Positions 44,292-53,891 of a DNA stretch of 61,951 nt are shown here, in pieces. The stretch covers positions 1 through 61,951 of the forward strand of contig CAYVOL010000004.1 of the NCBI GenBank assembly GCA_964453135.1. Direction: 5' to 3'. Both the position numbers and the translations under genes were made by a program. Origin of the DNA: an uncultured Candidatus Saccharibacteria bacterium. GTDB lineage: Bacteria > Patescibacteriota > Minisyncoccia > UBA6257 > UBA9933. A model generated the notes under the pieces. The model ran no database searches and had not been told where the DNA came from. It was given only the letters and a program-made list of their open reading frames with translations. Each line of letters begins with the position of its first letter. Position 1 is the stretch's first letter.

Positions 44292-45521
44292 ATGAAAAAA
44301 ACAAAAAAGAAAAAAATAATTCCCAAAATAAAAAAACAGGGAGTTAAAAAAAATTTGTCAAAGAAACCCGTCCGACAAAGAGCTTCTTCTGTCAAAACTG
44401 TTAAAGCCGTCAAATCAAAATCCGCTAAACCGGCTAAAAAGGAAATTTTTAATACAGAGGCGGCTCAGGAACTGGTGGCGCGCGGTAAAAGTCGCGGTTT
44501 CGTCACGGACACGGAAATTCTCCAGCATTTTCCCAAGGTAGAGGAGGATTTGTCTTTTTTGGAAGAACTTTACGACTTTCTATCCAAAAATAATATTAAA
44601 GTCATTGAGACTGCCGCCCTCATTGAGCTCCCTTCGGAGGAGGTTTCCAAGAAAGAATTGGAAAAAGCCGTTATTGACACTGAAGAGTTGCCTGATTCAG
44701 TCCAGCTTTATTTGAAAGAAATCGGCCGCTATGCCCTGCTTACTTCTGATGAAGAAAAGGAATTGGCCAAGCGTTTGGAAAAGGGAGATGAATCAGCCCG
44801 CCAGCGGCTTATTCAGGCGAATTTGAGATTGGTAGTCTCCATTGCCAAAAGATACGCTCATCGCACCATTCAGTTGGGGATTTTGGATTTGATTCAAGAA
44901 GGGAACATCGGCTTGTCTAAGGCGGTGGATAAATTTGATTACCGCAAAGGATTTAAATTTTCCACTTATGCCACTTGGTGGATAAGGCAGGCCATCACTC
45001 GCGCCTTGGCGGATCAGTCCCGCACCGTGCGCATTCCCGTGCATATGATTGAAAATATCTCTAAATACACCCAAACCAGGCGCCGCCTGATGCAGGAATT
45101 GGGGCGCGACCCTTTAGCCGAAGAAATCGCCATTGAAATGGGCACTACGCCGGACAAAATTTATAATCTTCAAAAAATATCGCAGGAGGTTGTTTCTCTG
45201 GAAGCGCCCTTGATGGAAGACAGCGAAGAAACAACTTTGTCTGATTTGATTAAAGACGAAAAGAACATCACTCCGGTTCAGTATGCCGAGCTGACAATGT
45301 TGAAGGAGCGACTGAGAAAAATTCTTATAGATTTGACTGCGCGCGAGCAGGAAATTCTAAAATTGCGTTTCGGATTGGAAGACGGAGTTACTCACACTCT
45401 GGAAGAAGTGGGAAAAACTTTCGGCGTTACCCGCGAGCGAATCCGCCAGATTGAAGCCAAGGCGTTGGGGAAAATAAAGATTCACGAGCAGGCAAAGGAA
45501 TTGAAGGGACATTTGCTTTAG
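44292..45521 (+). CDS. rpoD: Primary sigma factor RpoD/SigA (start approximate; ORF track gives 44274)
   Basis: [70 protein letters not shown]. Follows dnaG. Confidence 0.95.
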   Translation: MKKTKKKKIIPKIKKQGVKKNLSKKPVRQRASSVKTVKAVKSKSAKPAKKEIFNTEAAQELVARGKSRGFVTDTEILQHFPKVEEDLSFLEELYDFLSKNNIKVIETAALIELPSEEVSKKELEKAVIDTEELPDSVQLYLKEIGRYALLTSDEEKELAKRLEKGDESARQRLIQANLRLVVSIAKRYAHRTIQLGILDLIQEGNIGLSKAVDKFDYRKGFKFSTYATWWIRQAITRALADQSRTVRIPVHMIENISKYTQTRRRLMQELGRDPLAEEIAIEMGTTPDKIYNLQKISQEVVSLEAPLMEDSEETTLSDLIKDEKNITPVQYAELTMLKERLRKILIDLTAREQEILKLRFGLEDGVTHTLEEVGKTFGVTRERIRQIEAKALGKIKIHEQAKELKGHLL

Positions 45522-45557
45522 CGGTGATTATTAAGCTTTGACTTTTGAATTTATCTT

Positions 45558-47351
45558 ATGACTCATCGGGAAATTCGCCAAAAATTCTTTCATTTTTTCA
45601 AGTCCAAAGGACACGCCATTGTAAAATCATCTTCTCTTCTGCCCGACGACCCCTCGGTGCTTATTACTACTGCCGGCATGCAGCAATTCAAGCGTTATTA
45701 CACGGGCGAGCTGGACGCGCTGAAAGATTTCGGCAGCCAGCGAACTGTTTCTATTCAGAAATGTTTCCGCACCAGCGACATTGAAGAAATTGGCGACGAA
45801 AGCCATTTAAGTTTTTTTGAAATGCTGGGCAATTTTTCTTTCGGTCCGGTGGAAGACGACGAACCACAAAATTTTTCTTCCGCCGGCTATTTCAAGCGCT
45901 CCGCCATTCATTGGGCCTTTGAATTTATCGTTAATGTTCTGGAAATTGATTTGAGCCGTATTTATGTCACCGTTTTCGCAGGCGACGAAGAAATTCCTTT
46001 TGACGAAGAATCTTACCGCGTTTGGCAGGAGGAAATCGGCCTTTCCGCTGATAAAATTGTGAAAGGAAGCCGTGCCGATAATTTTTGGGGGCCGACCGGA
46101 AACGAAGGGCCCTGCGGTCCTTGCTCGGAGATTTATATTGACGGCGTGGAAATATGGAATCTGGTTTTTAACGAATACTATAAAACCAAAGACGGCATTT
46201 ATCGGCGGGCGGAAAAGCCCGGCGTAGACACGGGAATGGGGCTGGAACGTTTGGCCGCCGTGTTGCAGGGCGAGGAAAATATTTTCTCCACCGATATTTT
46301 TAGACCTTTGATGAATATGATAGGAGAATTGGCCCCGAAGGCCGATTCGCGCGCCAAGAGAATTTTCGCCGACCACTTACGGGCAATATTTTTTTTGACC
46401 GCCGATGGCATTCGTCCCTCCAATAAAGAAGCGGGTTATATCCTGCGCCGTCTTATTCGCCGCGTTTTGGCTTATTCTATAAAGAACGACATTCATGCCG
46501 ATTTGTTTGCCGATAGCGCGCAAATAATCAAAGAGATTTTCGGGGAAACTTATCCGGAATTAAATAATGCGCAAGAAATTTTAGGAGTTTTGGAAGAGGA
46601 AAAACAAAAATTTGAAATAGCGATTAGCCAGGGAATTAAAGAAATAGAAACTCTGAAAGAAAAAATTACCGGCGAGAAAGCCTTTTATCTTTACGAAACG
46701 TTCGGGTTGTCGTTTGAGTTGATAAAAGAATTGGCGCCGACGTCTTTGACAAAAAATCTCCGCAGAGAAGATTTTGATAAAGAATTTAAGAAGCATCAGG
46801 AAATTTCCCGCGCCGGCGCGGAGAAAAAATTCGGCGGCCACGGCTTGATTTTAGACACCGGCGAATTAAAAGCCTCCAATGAAGAAGAAGCAAAAAAAGT
46901 TATCGCGCTTCATACTGCCACCCATCTTTTGCAGTGGGCTTTGCGTCAAGTGTTGGGCGACGGCGTGGAGCAAAGAGGCTCGGATATCAACGTCGAGCGG
47001 CTCCGTTTCGATTTTTCTTTCGGGAGAAAAATGACCGCGGAAGAAATTGAAAAAACGGAAAATTTGGTGAACGAAAAGATAAAAGAAAATTTGCCGGTTT
47101 ATTTTAAGGAGATGCCCAAAGAAGAAGCGGAAAGCATTGGCGCGCTTTATTTTTTTAAATCCAAATATCCTTCTGTGGTAAAAGTTTTTTTCATCGGGTC
47201 AGAGCAAAGTGGGGGAGCTATTAGCAAAGAATTTTGCGGCGGGCCGCATGTGAATTATACTTCAGAGATAGGCAGTTTTAAGATTGCCAAAGAAGAAGCC
47301 GTTTCCAGCGGCGTAAGAAGGATTAGGGCGACAACAAAGCAAAATGAATAA
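45558..47351 (+). CDS. alaS: Alanine-tRNA ligase, short form without the C-Ala domain
   Basis: AGMQQFK, QKC.R, FEMLGNFSFG, DTGMGLER, editing motifs HTATHLL and FCGGPH, ending GVRRI.A. Confidence 0.94.
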   Translation: MTHREIRQKFFHFFKSKGHAIVKSSSLLPDDPSVLITTAGMQQFKRYYTGELDALKDFGSQRTVSIQKCFRTSDIEEIGDESHLSFFEMLGNFSFGPVEDDEPQNFSSAGYFKRSAIHWAFEFIVNVLEIDLSRIYVTVFAGDEEIPFDEESYRVWQEEIGLSADKIVKGSRADNFWGPTGNEGPCGPCSEIYIDGVEIWNLVFNEYYKTKDGIYRRAEKPGVDTGMGLERLAAVLQGEENIFSTDIFRPLMNMIGELAPKADSRAKRIFADHLRAIFFLTADGIRPSNKEAGYILRRLIRRVLAYSIKNDIHADLFADSAQIIKEIFGETYPELNNAQEILGVLEEEKQKFEIAISQGIKEIETLKEKITGEKAFYLYETFGLSFELIKELAPTSLTKNLRREDFDKEFKKHQEISRAGAEKKFGGHGLILDTGELKASNEEEAKKVIALHTATHLLQWALRQVLGDGVEQRGSDINVERLRFDFSFGRKMTAEEIEKTENLVNEKIKENLPVYFKEMPKEEAESIGALYFFKSKYPSVVKVFFIGSEQSGGAISKEFCGGPHVNYTSEIGSFKIAKEEAVSSGVRRIRATTKQNE

Positions 47352-47730
47352 AATAATTAAATTTTTTGACCGGCTGGAAGATAAAATAAGAAAAAGGCTG
47401 AGCCGCCGGCCGATTTTTTACGCGTTTTTGGGAAGCGTGGGCATAATTTTATTGTGGAGAGGCGTCTGGAAAATCGCCGATAATTTTGATTTATCCGGGC
47501 TTGCCTCCGTTATTCTGGGGCTTTTGATATTGTTAGCCACCGGACTTTTCGTGTCTTTTTTCATCGGAGAGCAAATCATCATTTCCGGAATCAAGGAAGA
47601 AAAAAGAATTGACGAGAAAACAGAAGAAGAAATAAAAGAAGAAGAGATTACTTTGCGGGAAATCCATCAGGACATTTCGGAAATAAAAGAGGAAGTTAAC
47701 AATTTGTCTCATCGCAAAAAAGAAAATTAG
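47344..47730 (+). CDS. Hypothetical two-TM membrane protein with acidic coiled tail
   Basis: 128-aa ORF between alaS and ileS. Confidence 0.7.
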   Translation: MNKIIKFFDRLEDKIRKRLSRRPIFYAFLGSVGIILLWRGVWKIADNFDLSGLASVILGLLILLATGLFVSFFIGEQIIISGIKEEKRIDEKTEEEIKEEEITLREIHQDISEIKEEVNNLSHRKKEN

Positions 47731-47736
47731 CACTCT

Positions 47737-50700
47737 ATGCCATCCGAAGAAAAAAAAGTTCCTGATATATTTCATAAGGCAAAGGCGGCCGATGCGGAGA
47801 AAAAAATTTTAAAGTTTTGGAAGGAAAACAGAATTTTTGAGAAAAGTTTGGAAAAACCGGCGCCAGCCGGAGAATTTGTATTTTACGACGGACCTCCTTT
47901 TGCCACCGGCACTCCTCATTACGGACATATTTTAGCCAGCGTTATTAAAGACGTCATACCGCGCTACCAGACAATGAAAGGAAAGCGGGTGCCGCGTCAA
48001 TGGGGCTGGGATTGCCATGGCCTTCCCATAGAAAACATTGCCGAAAAAGAACTGGGCATCAAGCGGAAAAAAGAAATTGAAGAGCTGGGCATCGGGAAAT
48101 TCAACGAATTCTGCCGTTCCAAAGTATTAAGCTATACCGAAGAATGGAAAAAGGTGATAGACCGCTTGGGTCGCTGGGCGGATATGGAAAGCGCCTACAA
48201 AACAATGGATCTCCATTATATGGAGACAGTTTGGGGGGTGTTTAAGCAGTTATGGGACAAAGGGCTTATTTACGAGGGCTATCGTTCTATGCACATCTGC
48301 CCGCGCTGTGAGACCACGCTTTCCCAGCAAGAAGTGGCAGAGGGATACAAAGACATAAAAGATATTTCCGCGACTGTTAAATTTGAATTAGAAGACGATG
48401 ATATTCCGCGCAATTCTGCGTCAATTCAGAGTAATTCCGCGAGGACGTATGTCTTAGCGTGGACGACCACACCCTGGACTTTAATCGGTAATGTGGCATT
48501 GGCGGTGAACGAAGATATTGATTATGTAAAAGTGAAATCTCTTCGTCATTCTGAATCCGCCAACTGGCGGATGAAGAATCTTACGGGATCCTTCGCCCCC
48601 GCCACGGCGGGGGCTCAGGATGACACGGGCGGATGCTATATCGTCGCGAAAAATCGCCTCAACGAAGTATTCAAAAACGAACATTATGAAATTGTCGCGG
48701 AATTTAAGGGCAAAGATTTGATCGGCAAAAAATATAAACCGCTTTTTGATTACTACTATGATGACAAAAATTTGGAAAATAAAGAGAACGGCTGGAAAAT
48801 TTACGGCGCGGATTTCGTGACAACCGACGAAGGAACCGGTATTGTGCACATCGCTCCGGCTTTCGGCGAAGATGATTTGAATTTAGGGAAAAAACACAAT
48901 CTGCCTTTTATCCAGCATGTCGGAATGGACGGAATAATAAAAAAAGAAGCGAAAGATTTTGCCGGTTATTCCGTTAAGCCTTTCGGCGACCATCAGAAAA
49001 CTGACATAGAAATTATTAAACATCTTTCCGCTCGCGGCTTGCTTTTCGCCAAAGAAAAATACGAGCATTCGTATCCGCATTGTTGGCGGTGTGAAACTCC
49101 GCTGATCAATTACGCCACCTCCTCCTGGTTTGTCAATGTCATTAAACTGAAAACAAAGGCGCTGGAATTGGCGAAAGAAATAAATTGGGTTCCCGAACAC
49201 ATTAAAGAAGGGCGTTTCGGTAACTGGCTGGAAGGCGCGCGTGACTGGTCTATTTCCCGGCAAAGATTTTGGGCGTCAGCTATGCCGATTTGGAAATGTA
49301 AAAATTGCGCGGAGATAAAAGTAATCGGCTCGGTTGACGAATTAAAAAAATATACACAAAAATCCAGCAACAAATATTTTATAATGCGGCACGGCGAGGC
49401 GGAAAGCAACGTTCAAGGCATTGCCAGCGCGTATTTAGACAAGTATCCTCTTACCCCAAAAGGCAGGATGCAGGTTGCGAAGGCGCTGGAGCAAATAAAA
49501 AAACAAAAAATAAATTTAATTTTTTCCTCCACTATTTTACGGGCCAAAGAAACCGCGGAAATAATCTCTGTTGCTTTGGGAAAAAATATAATTTTTGACA
49601 ATCGTTTGAACGAAGCGAACTTCGGATTTTTTAACGGAAAGCCGGTTCAGGAGTATCGCTCCCATTTTTCGTCTTTTAGAGAAAGATTCACTAAAACTCC
49701 CGAAGGCGGAGAAAATTTCTCGCAAGTTAAAAACAGAGCCGCTGATTTTTTGTATGAAATTGAGGCATCTTACGGCAATAAAAATATTTTAATAGTGAGC
49801 CACGAGGCGCCGATTTGGCTGATGTTCGCCGGCGCAGCCGGCTTTGATTTGGATCAGACATTGATTATTCAAGGCAAAGAAGAGGTGTTTGTGCAAAACG
49901 GCGAGGTGAAAGAATTAAATTTTGTTCCCTTGCCGCATAACGATAATTTTGTTCTTGACCTTCATCGGCCATACATAGACGAGATAAAATTAAAATGTTC
50001 TTGCGGTGGCGAGATGAAACGGATATCTGATGTCTTGGACACCTGGTTTGATTCCGGCTCTATGCCGTACACCAGGAAAGAATTCCCGGCGGAATTTATC
50101 GGCGAGGGTGTTGACCAGACGCGCGCGTGGTTTTATTATCTCCACATTATTGCAGCAGCTTTAAGAAATTCAGCGGCGTTTAAAAATGTGATTGTCAATG
50201 GAATTGTTTTAGCGGAAGACGGGAAGAAAATGAGCAAGCGCCTCAAGAATTATCCGGACCCGATGGAGATTATTGAAAAATATGGAGCGGATGCTTTGCG
50301 GATTTATCTTTTGTCTTCGCCGGTAGTGCGCGCGGAAAATCTTAATTTTTCCGAAAAAGGAGTTGACGAAGCGCATAAGAAAGTAGTTTTGCGGCTGAAA
50401 AACGTGCTGGCTTTTTACAATCTATACGCCGATAAAAATTTTCAAGATACAAGTTTCAAGATTCAAGGTTTGAACATTTTAGACGAGTGGATTTTGGCGC
50501 GGCTGAATGAACTGATAAAAGAAATTTCCGAAGCGCTGGATAAATACGAATTAGACAAAGCAACTCGTCCCATCGCTGATTTTGTTGATGACTTATCCAC
50601 TTGGTATGTTAGAAGATCAAGAGAAAGGTTTAAAAATGACGATAAAGACAAAGAAAAAGCGATTGCTGTATTGCGTTTTGTTTTAACGGAGATTTCCAAA

Positions 50701-51327
50701 ACCATCGCGCCGTTTATGCCGTTTACAGCGGAAGAAATTTATCAAGTTGTCGGGTATCAAGTTTCAGGCGTCAGGAATCTAGAATCGGTTCATTTAGAAA
50801 GTTGGCCCAAAGCTGATGAGAAAAATATTAACAAGAGATTGTTGGAAGATATGGCGATGACGAGAAAAATTTGTTCGCTTGGACTGGAAGCGCGGCAGAA
50901 AGCGGGAATAAAAGTGCGCCAGCCGCTCGCGTCGCTTAAAGTTAAAGTTGGGGAGCAAGTTAAAGTTATTGACAAAACGTTTTTAGATTTGATGGAAGAC
51001 GAATTAAATATAAAAGAAATTATTTTTGACGATAGAATTTCCGATGAAATTGAATTAGATACGAATATCACGCCCGAGTTAAAAGTCGAAGGCCGATTGC
51101 GGGAATTGACGCGCGCCATTCAGGATTTACGCAAGAAATCCGGCCTGACGCACCAGGATAAGATAAAACTTGTTATTGAAAGCGACAGCGCAGGCGAAAA
51201 ACTGATAGAAATGTTCAGAGATGAAATCAAAGAAAGCGTGAACGCGGACGCAATAAAATTATCCCAAAATAACGGAGAAGCGGTAGATATTGATGAATTA
51301 AAATTCAAAATAGAAATTGAAAAATGA
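47737..51327 (+). CDS. ileS: Isoleucine-tRNA ligase (type 2) with an inserted histidine-phosphatase domain and repeat-derived peptides
   Basis: DGPPFATG.PHYGH, GWDCHGLP, WTTTPWTL, DWSISRQR.W, GVDQTRAWF, KMSKR, EG..REL.R.IQ..RK. Confidence 0.96.
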   Translation: MPSEEKKVPDIFHKAKAADAEKKILKFWKENRIFEKSLEKPAPAGEFVFYDGPPFATGTPHYGHILASVIKDVIPRYQTMKGKRVPRQWGWDCHGLPIENIAEKELGIKRKKEIEELGIGKFNEFCRSKVLSYTEEWKKVIDRLGRWADMESAYKTMDLHYMETVWGVFKQLWDKGLIYEGYRSMHICPRCETTLSQQEVAEGYKDIKDISATVKFELEDDDIPRNSASIQSNSARTYVLAWTTTPWTLIGNVALAVNEDIDYVKVKSLRHSESANWRMKNLTGSFAPATAGAQDDTGGCYIVAKNRLNEVFKNEHYEIVAEFKGKDLIGKKYKPLFDYYYDDKNLENKENGWKIYGADFVTTDEGTGIVHIAPAFGEDDLNLGKKHNLPFIQHVGMDGIIKKEAKDFAGYSVKPFGDHQKTDIEIIKHLSARGLLFAKEKYEHSYPHCWRCETPLINYATSSWFVNVIKLKTKALELAKEINWVPEHIKEGRFGNWLEGARDWSISRQRFWASAMPIWKCKNCAEIKVIGSVDELKKYTQKSSNKYFIMRHGEAESNVQGIASAYLDKYPLTPKGRMQVAKALEQIKKQKINLIFSSTILRAKETAEIISVALGKNIIFDNRLNEANFGFFNGKPVQEYRSHFSSFRERFTKTPEGGENFSQVKNRAADFLYEIEASYGNKNILIVSHEAPIWLMFAGAAGFDLDQTLIIQGKEEVFVQNGEVKELNFVPLPHNDNFVLDLHRPYIDEIKLKCSCGGEMKRISDVLDTWFDSGSMPYTRKEFPAEFIGEGVDQTRAWFYYLHIIAAALRNSAAFKNVIVNGIVLAEDGKKMSKRLKNYPDPMEIIEKYGADALRIYLLSSPVVRAENLNFSEKGVDEAHKKVVLRLKNVLAFYNLYADKNFQDTSFKIQGLNILDEWILARLNELIKEISEALDKYELDKATRPIADFVDDLSTWYVRRSRERFKNDDKDKEKAIAVLRFVLTEISKTIAPFMPFTAEEIYQVVGYQVSGVRNLESVHLESWPKADEKNINKRLLEDMAMTRKICSLGLEARQKAGIKVRQPLASLKVKVGEQVKVIDKTFLDLMEDELNIKEIIFDDRISDEIELDTNITPELKVEGRLRELTRAIQDLRKKSGLTHQDKIKLVIESDSAGEKLIEMFRDEIKESVNADAIKLSQNNGEAVDIDELKFKIEIEK
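48545..48624. repeat. REP-like head-tail pair inserted in-frame in ileS
   Basis: GTCATTCTGAATCCGCCAACTGGCGGATGAAGAATC-ttacgg-GATCCTTCGCCCCCGCCACGGCGGGGGCTCAGGATGAC. Confidence 0.92.
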
Positions 51328-51386
51328 TTTATGCAACTGGGTATTAATTACGTCCGCATAAAGTATTTTGAAAAATATAAACAGCG

Positions 51387-51641
51387 ATGAAGCTAACTTT
51401 CCGGCAAAAAGTTCTGCGTGTTGTCGCGAAAATTCCCAGAGGAAAAACTTTAACTTACAAGGAAGTAGCGTCGCGGGCGGGAAACCCAAGGGCATATCGC
51501 GCCGTGGGAAATATTTTAAGTAAAAATTATGATCAGGAAATTCCTTGCCACAGGGTAATTCGTTCGGATGGAAAATTAGGTGGATACAATAGGGGTGCTA
51601 GCAAAAAGAAAAAACTTTTAGAACAGGAAAAAAGAAAATGA
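51387..51641 (+). CDS. MGMT/Ogt-family alkyl-DNA repair protein, stand-alone C-terminal domain
   Basis: IPRG.T.TY..VA, RAVG, IPCHRV (active-site Cys), GGY. Confidence 0.9.
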   Translation: MKLTFRQKVLRVVAKIPRGKTLTYKEVASRAGNPRAYRAVGNILSKNYDQEIPCHRVIRSDGKLGGYNRGASKKKKLLEQEKRK

Positions 51642-52459
51642 AAAGTAGGAAAAAATTCATCGGCGTTTTTGATTCCGGGTTTGGCGGTTTGGATATTTTG
51701 CGCGGTATTGTAAAAGAACTACCCCAATACAATTATATTTATTTAGGCGACACGGCGCGCGCTCCTTATGGTACCCGTTCGCAGGAAATTATCTACGAAT
51801 TCACCAAAGAGGCGGTTAATTTCCTTTTTGAAAACAATTGCGAATTGATAATATTAGCTTGCAATACGGCTTCCAGCGAAGCGCTTCGTAAAATTCAGCA
51901 GGAATATCTTCCGAGACATTATAAAAACAAGAAAGTTCTCGGCGTGGTTATTCCGTCCGCCGAAGAAGCGGTAAAAACAACCAAAAATAAAAAAATAGGG
52001 GTAATTGCCACGGAAAGCACTGTTCGTTCTCGCGCTTTTGTCCGGGAAATTTCTAAATTGAATAAACAAATTAAAGTATTCCAAAAAGCGGCGCCGCTGC
52101 TGGTTCCGCTGGTGGAAAACGGAGAGCAAAATTCCAAAGTCGCTGATTTGATTCTTGATGATTATTTGCGTCCGTTGATAAACAAAAAAATAGATACCTT
52201 GATTCTCGGTTGCACTCATTACGGCATTTTGGAAAACAAAATTCGCAAGATAACTGGTCCGAGTGTAAGAATTATTTCCGGATCAAAAATTATTTCTCGG
52301 AAACTGGCTGATTATTTGCGAAGGAATAAGGAAATGGAAAATAAACTGGGTAAAAACAAAATCATTCGTTTTTATTCCACTGATTTGACGGATAAGTTTT
52401 CCGTTTTTGGGGGCGAGTTTTTCGGCCGTAAATTTAAAGCGGAAAAAATCACTTTATGA
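51638..52459 (+). CDS. murI: Glutamate racemase
   Basis: FDSG.GG, D.AR.PYG, IACNTAS-type motif (LACNTAS), LGCTHY. Confidence 0.95.
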   Translation: MKSRKKFIGVFDSGFGGLDILRGIVKELPQYNYIYLGDTARAPYGTRSQEIIYEFTKEAVNFLFENNCELIILACNTASSEALRKIQQEYLPRHYKNKKVLGVVIPSAEEAVKTTKNKKIGVIATESTVRSRAFVREISKLNKQIKVFQKAAPLLVPLVENGEQNSKVADLILDDYLRPLINKKIDTLILGCTHYGILENKIRKITGPSVRIISGSKIISRKLADYLRRNKEMENKLGKNKIIRFYSTDLTDKFSVFGGEFFGRKFKAEKITL

Positions 52460-53853
52460 TAATTGCCAATTTCAAGAATTTAAGCCGCAATGCGTTGCGC
52501 AAGAAAGCTCTTTTAATAGCCGAAGCGGGATATGAAGCCATTGATATTGAGAAAGCGGTGAAGGATAGATGCCGGTTGCTGAATATCAAAGGAAACAATT
52601 TTTTGTCTGTGAAAATCAGCGGCAAAGAGAAAAAAATTAATCTCTTCGGCTTTCGTCGGATTTTTATCGTGGGAGTGGGCAAGGGGTCGGCTTTGGCAAG
52701 CGTTTCTTTAGCAAAAATTTTGGGCGAAAAATTGACTAGCGGAATTGCTTTGGATGTTCAAAAACCGAAATTAAAAATTAGAAATTTAAAATTAGAAATT
52801 TTCACCGGTACTCATCCCCAGCCGTCAATCCGAAATATTAAAACTACTCGGCAAATAATCCAACTGGCCAAAAGTCTGAGAAAGGACGATTTATTGTTGA
52901 TGTTCGTTTGCGGAGGAGGCTCTTCTTTGCTTTGCGGTTCAGAAGAAGAAATGCGACATTCGCGGGTTATTTTTCAGGGATTAACTCAATCAGGAGCGGG
53001 TATTGTGGAATTAAACACAGTCCGCAAGCATCTTTCTCTAGTAAAGGGCGGGGGATTGGCTGAATTGGTTTATCCGGCATCTGTCGTCTCTCTGATTGTT
53101 TCAGATGTTTTGGGCAATGATTTATCAATGATAGCATCGGGCCCGAATGTCTATGACAAAACTTCCAAAAGAGACGCGGAAAAAATTATAAAAAAATATC
53201 TTCCAGATTCATCCCAAAGGACAGAACTCATCCGTTCCCTGACGGAAACTCCCAAAGACAAAAAGTATTTCCGGAAAGTGAAAAATTTTTTGTTTTTTGA
53301 CAATAAAGACGTTTTAACTGCGATGTCGAATAAAGCCGCTCAGTTGGGATTTAAAACAAAAATTTACTCGTTTAATTTGCAGGGCGAAGCCAAAGACGTT
53401 TTGAAAGTTATAACTGATAAAATAAAATCAGGAGAAGCAATTTTGGCCGGCGGAGAAACAACGGTTACACTAAAAACGGTTATCGCGAAAGGAAATGAGG
53501 GGCATCATCGCGAAACACGAAGTGTCGGCAGAGGAGGCAGAAATCAGGAATCCGTGCTCGGCGCTCTGGCGCGGCTAACCACTGACAGCCGGCGAAAGAA
53601 AAAAAATCTGCTTTTTATGTCCTTCGCCTCCGACGGACGGGACAATACTAACGCCGCCGGAGCCATAGGCGACGCTCTGACATTAAAAAAATCTGAAAAA
53701 CTTAATTTAGATCCTCAAATTTATCTGCGCGACCACAACTCTTTTAATTTTTTTAGGAAAACAGAAGATTTAATTTATGCCCGCCCGCGCTGTTTTAATG
53801 TGGCGGATTTAATGATTGTCTTATCCGCGCCTCCCAAGAGGCATCGCGCCTGA
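52456..53853 (+). CDS. Glycerate kinase type 2 (DUF4147/MOFRL)
   Basis: VGKG, HP.P, GGGSSL, ELN.VRKHLS..KGG.L, SDV.G....IASGP, GGETTV, GGRNQE, DG.D. Confidence 0.9.
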   Translation: MIIANFKNLSRNALRKKALLIAEAGYEAIDIEKAVKDRCRLLNIKGNNFLSVKISGKEKKINLFGFRRIFIVGVGKGSALASVSLAKILGEKLTSGIALDVQKPKLKIRNLKLEIFTGTHPQPSIRNIKTTRQIIQLAKSLRKDDLLLMFVCGGGSSLLCGSEEEMRHSRVIFQGLTQSGAGIVELNTVRKHLSLVKGGGLAELVYPASVVSLIVSDVLGNDLSMIASGPNVYDKTSKRDAEKIIKKYLPDSSQRTELIRSLTETPKDKKYFRKVKNFLFFDNKDVLTAMSNKAAQLGFKTKIYSFNLQGEAKDVLKVITDKIKSGEAILAGGETTVTLKTVIAKGNEGHHRETRSVGRGGRNQESVLGALARLTTDSRRKKKNLLFMSFASDGRDNTNAAGAIGDALTLKKSEKLNLDPQIYLRDHNSFNFFRKTEDLIYARPRCFNVADLMIVLSAPPKRHRA

Positions 53854-53856
53854 AAT

Positions 53857-53885
53857 TTGACAAAAAAATATTATTATGGTAGCAT
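53857..53885 (+). promoter_or_regulatory. Sigma70-type promoter directly before the start codon
   Basis: TTGACA-N17-TAGCAT with extended TG; ATG lies 6 nt after the -10 hexamer. Confidence 0.7.
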
Positions 53886-53891
53886 ATCCGC

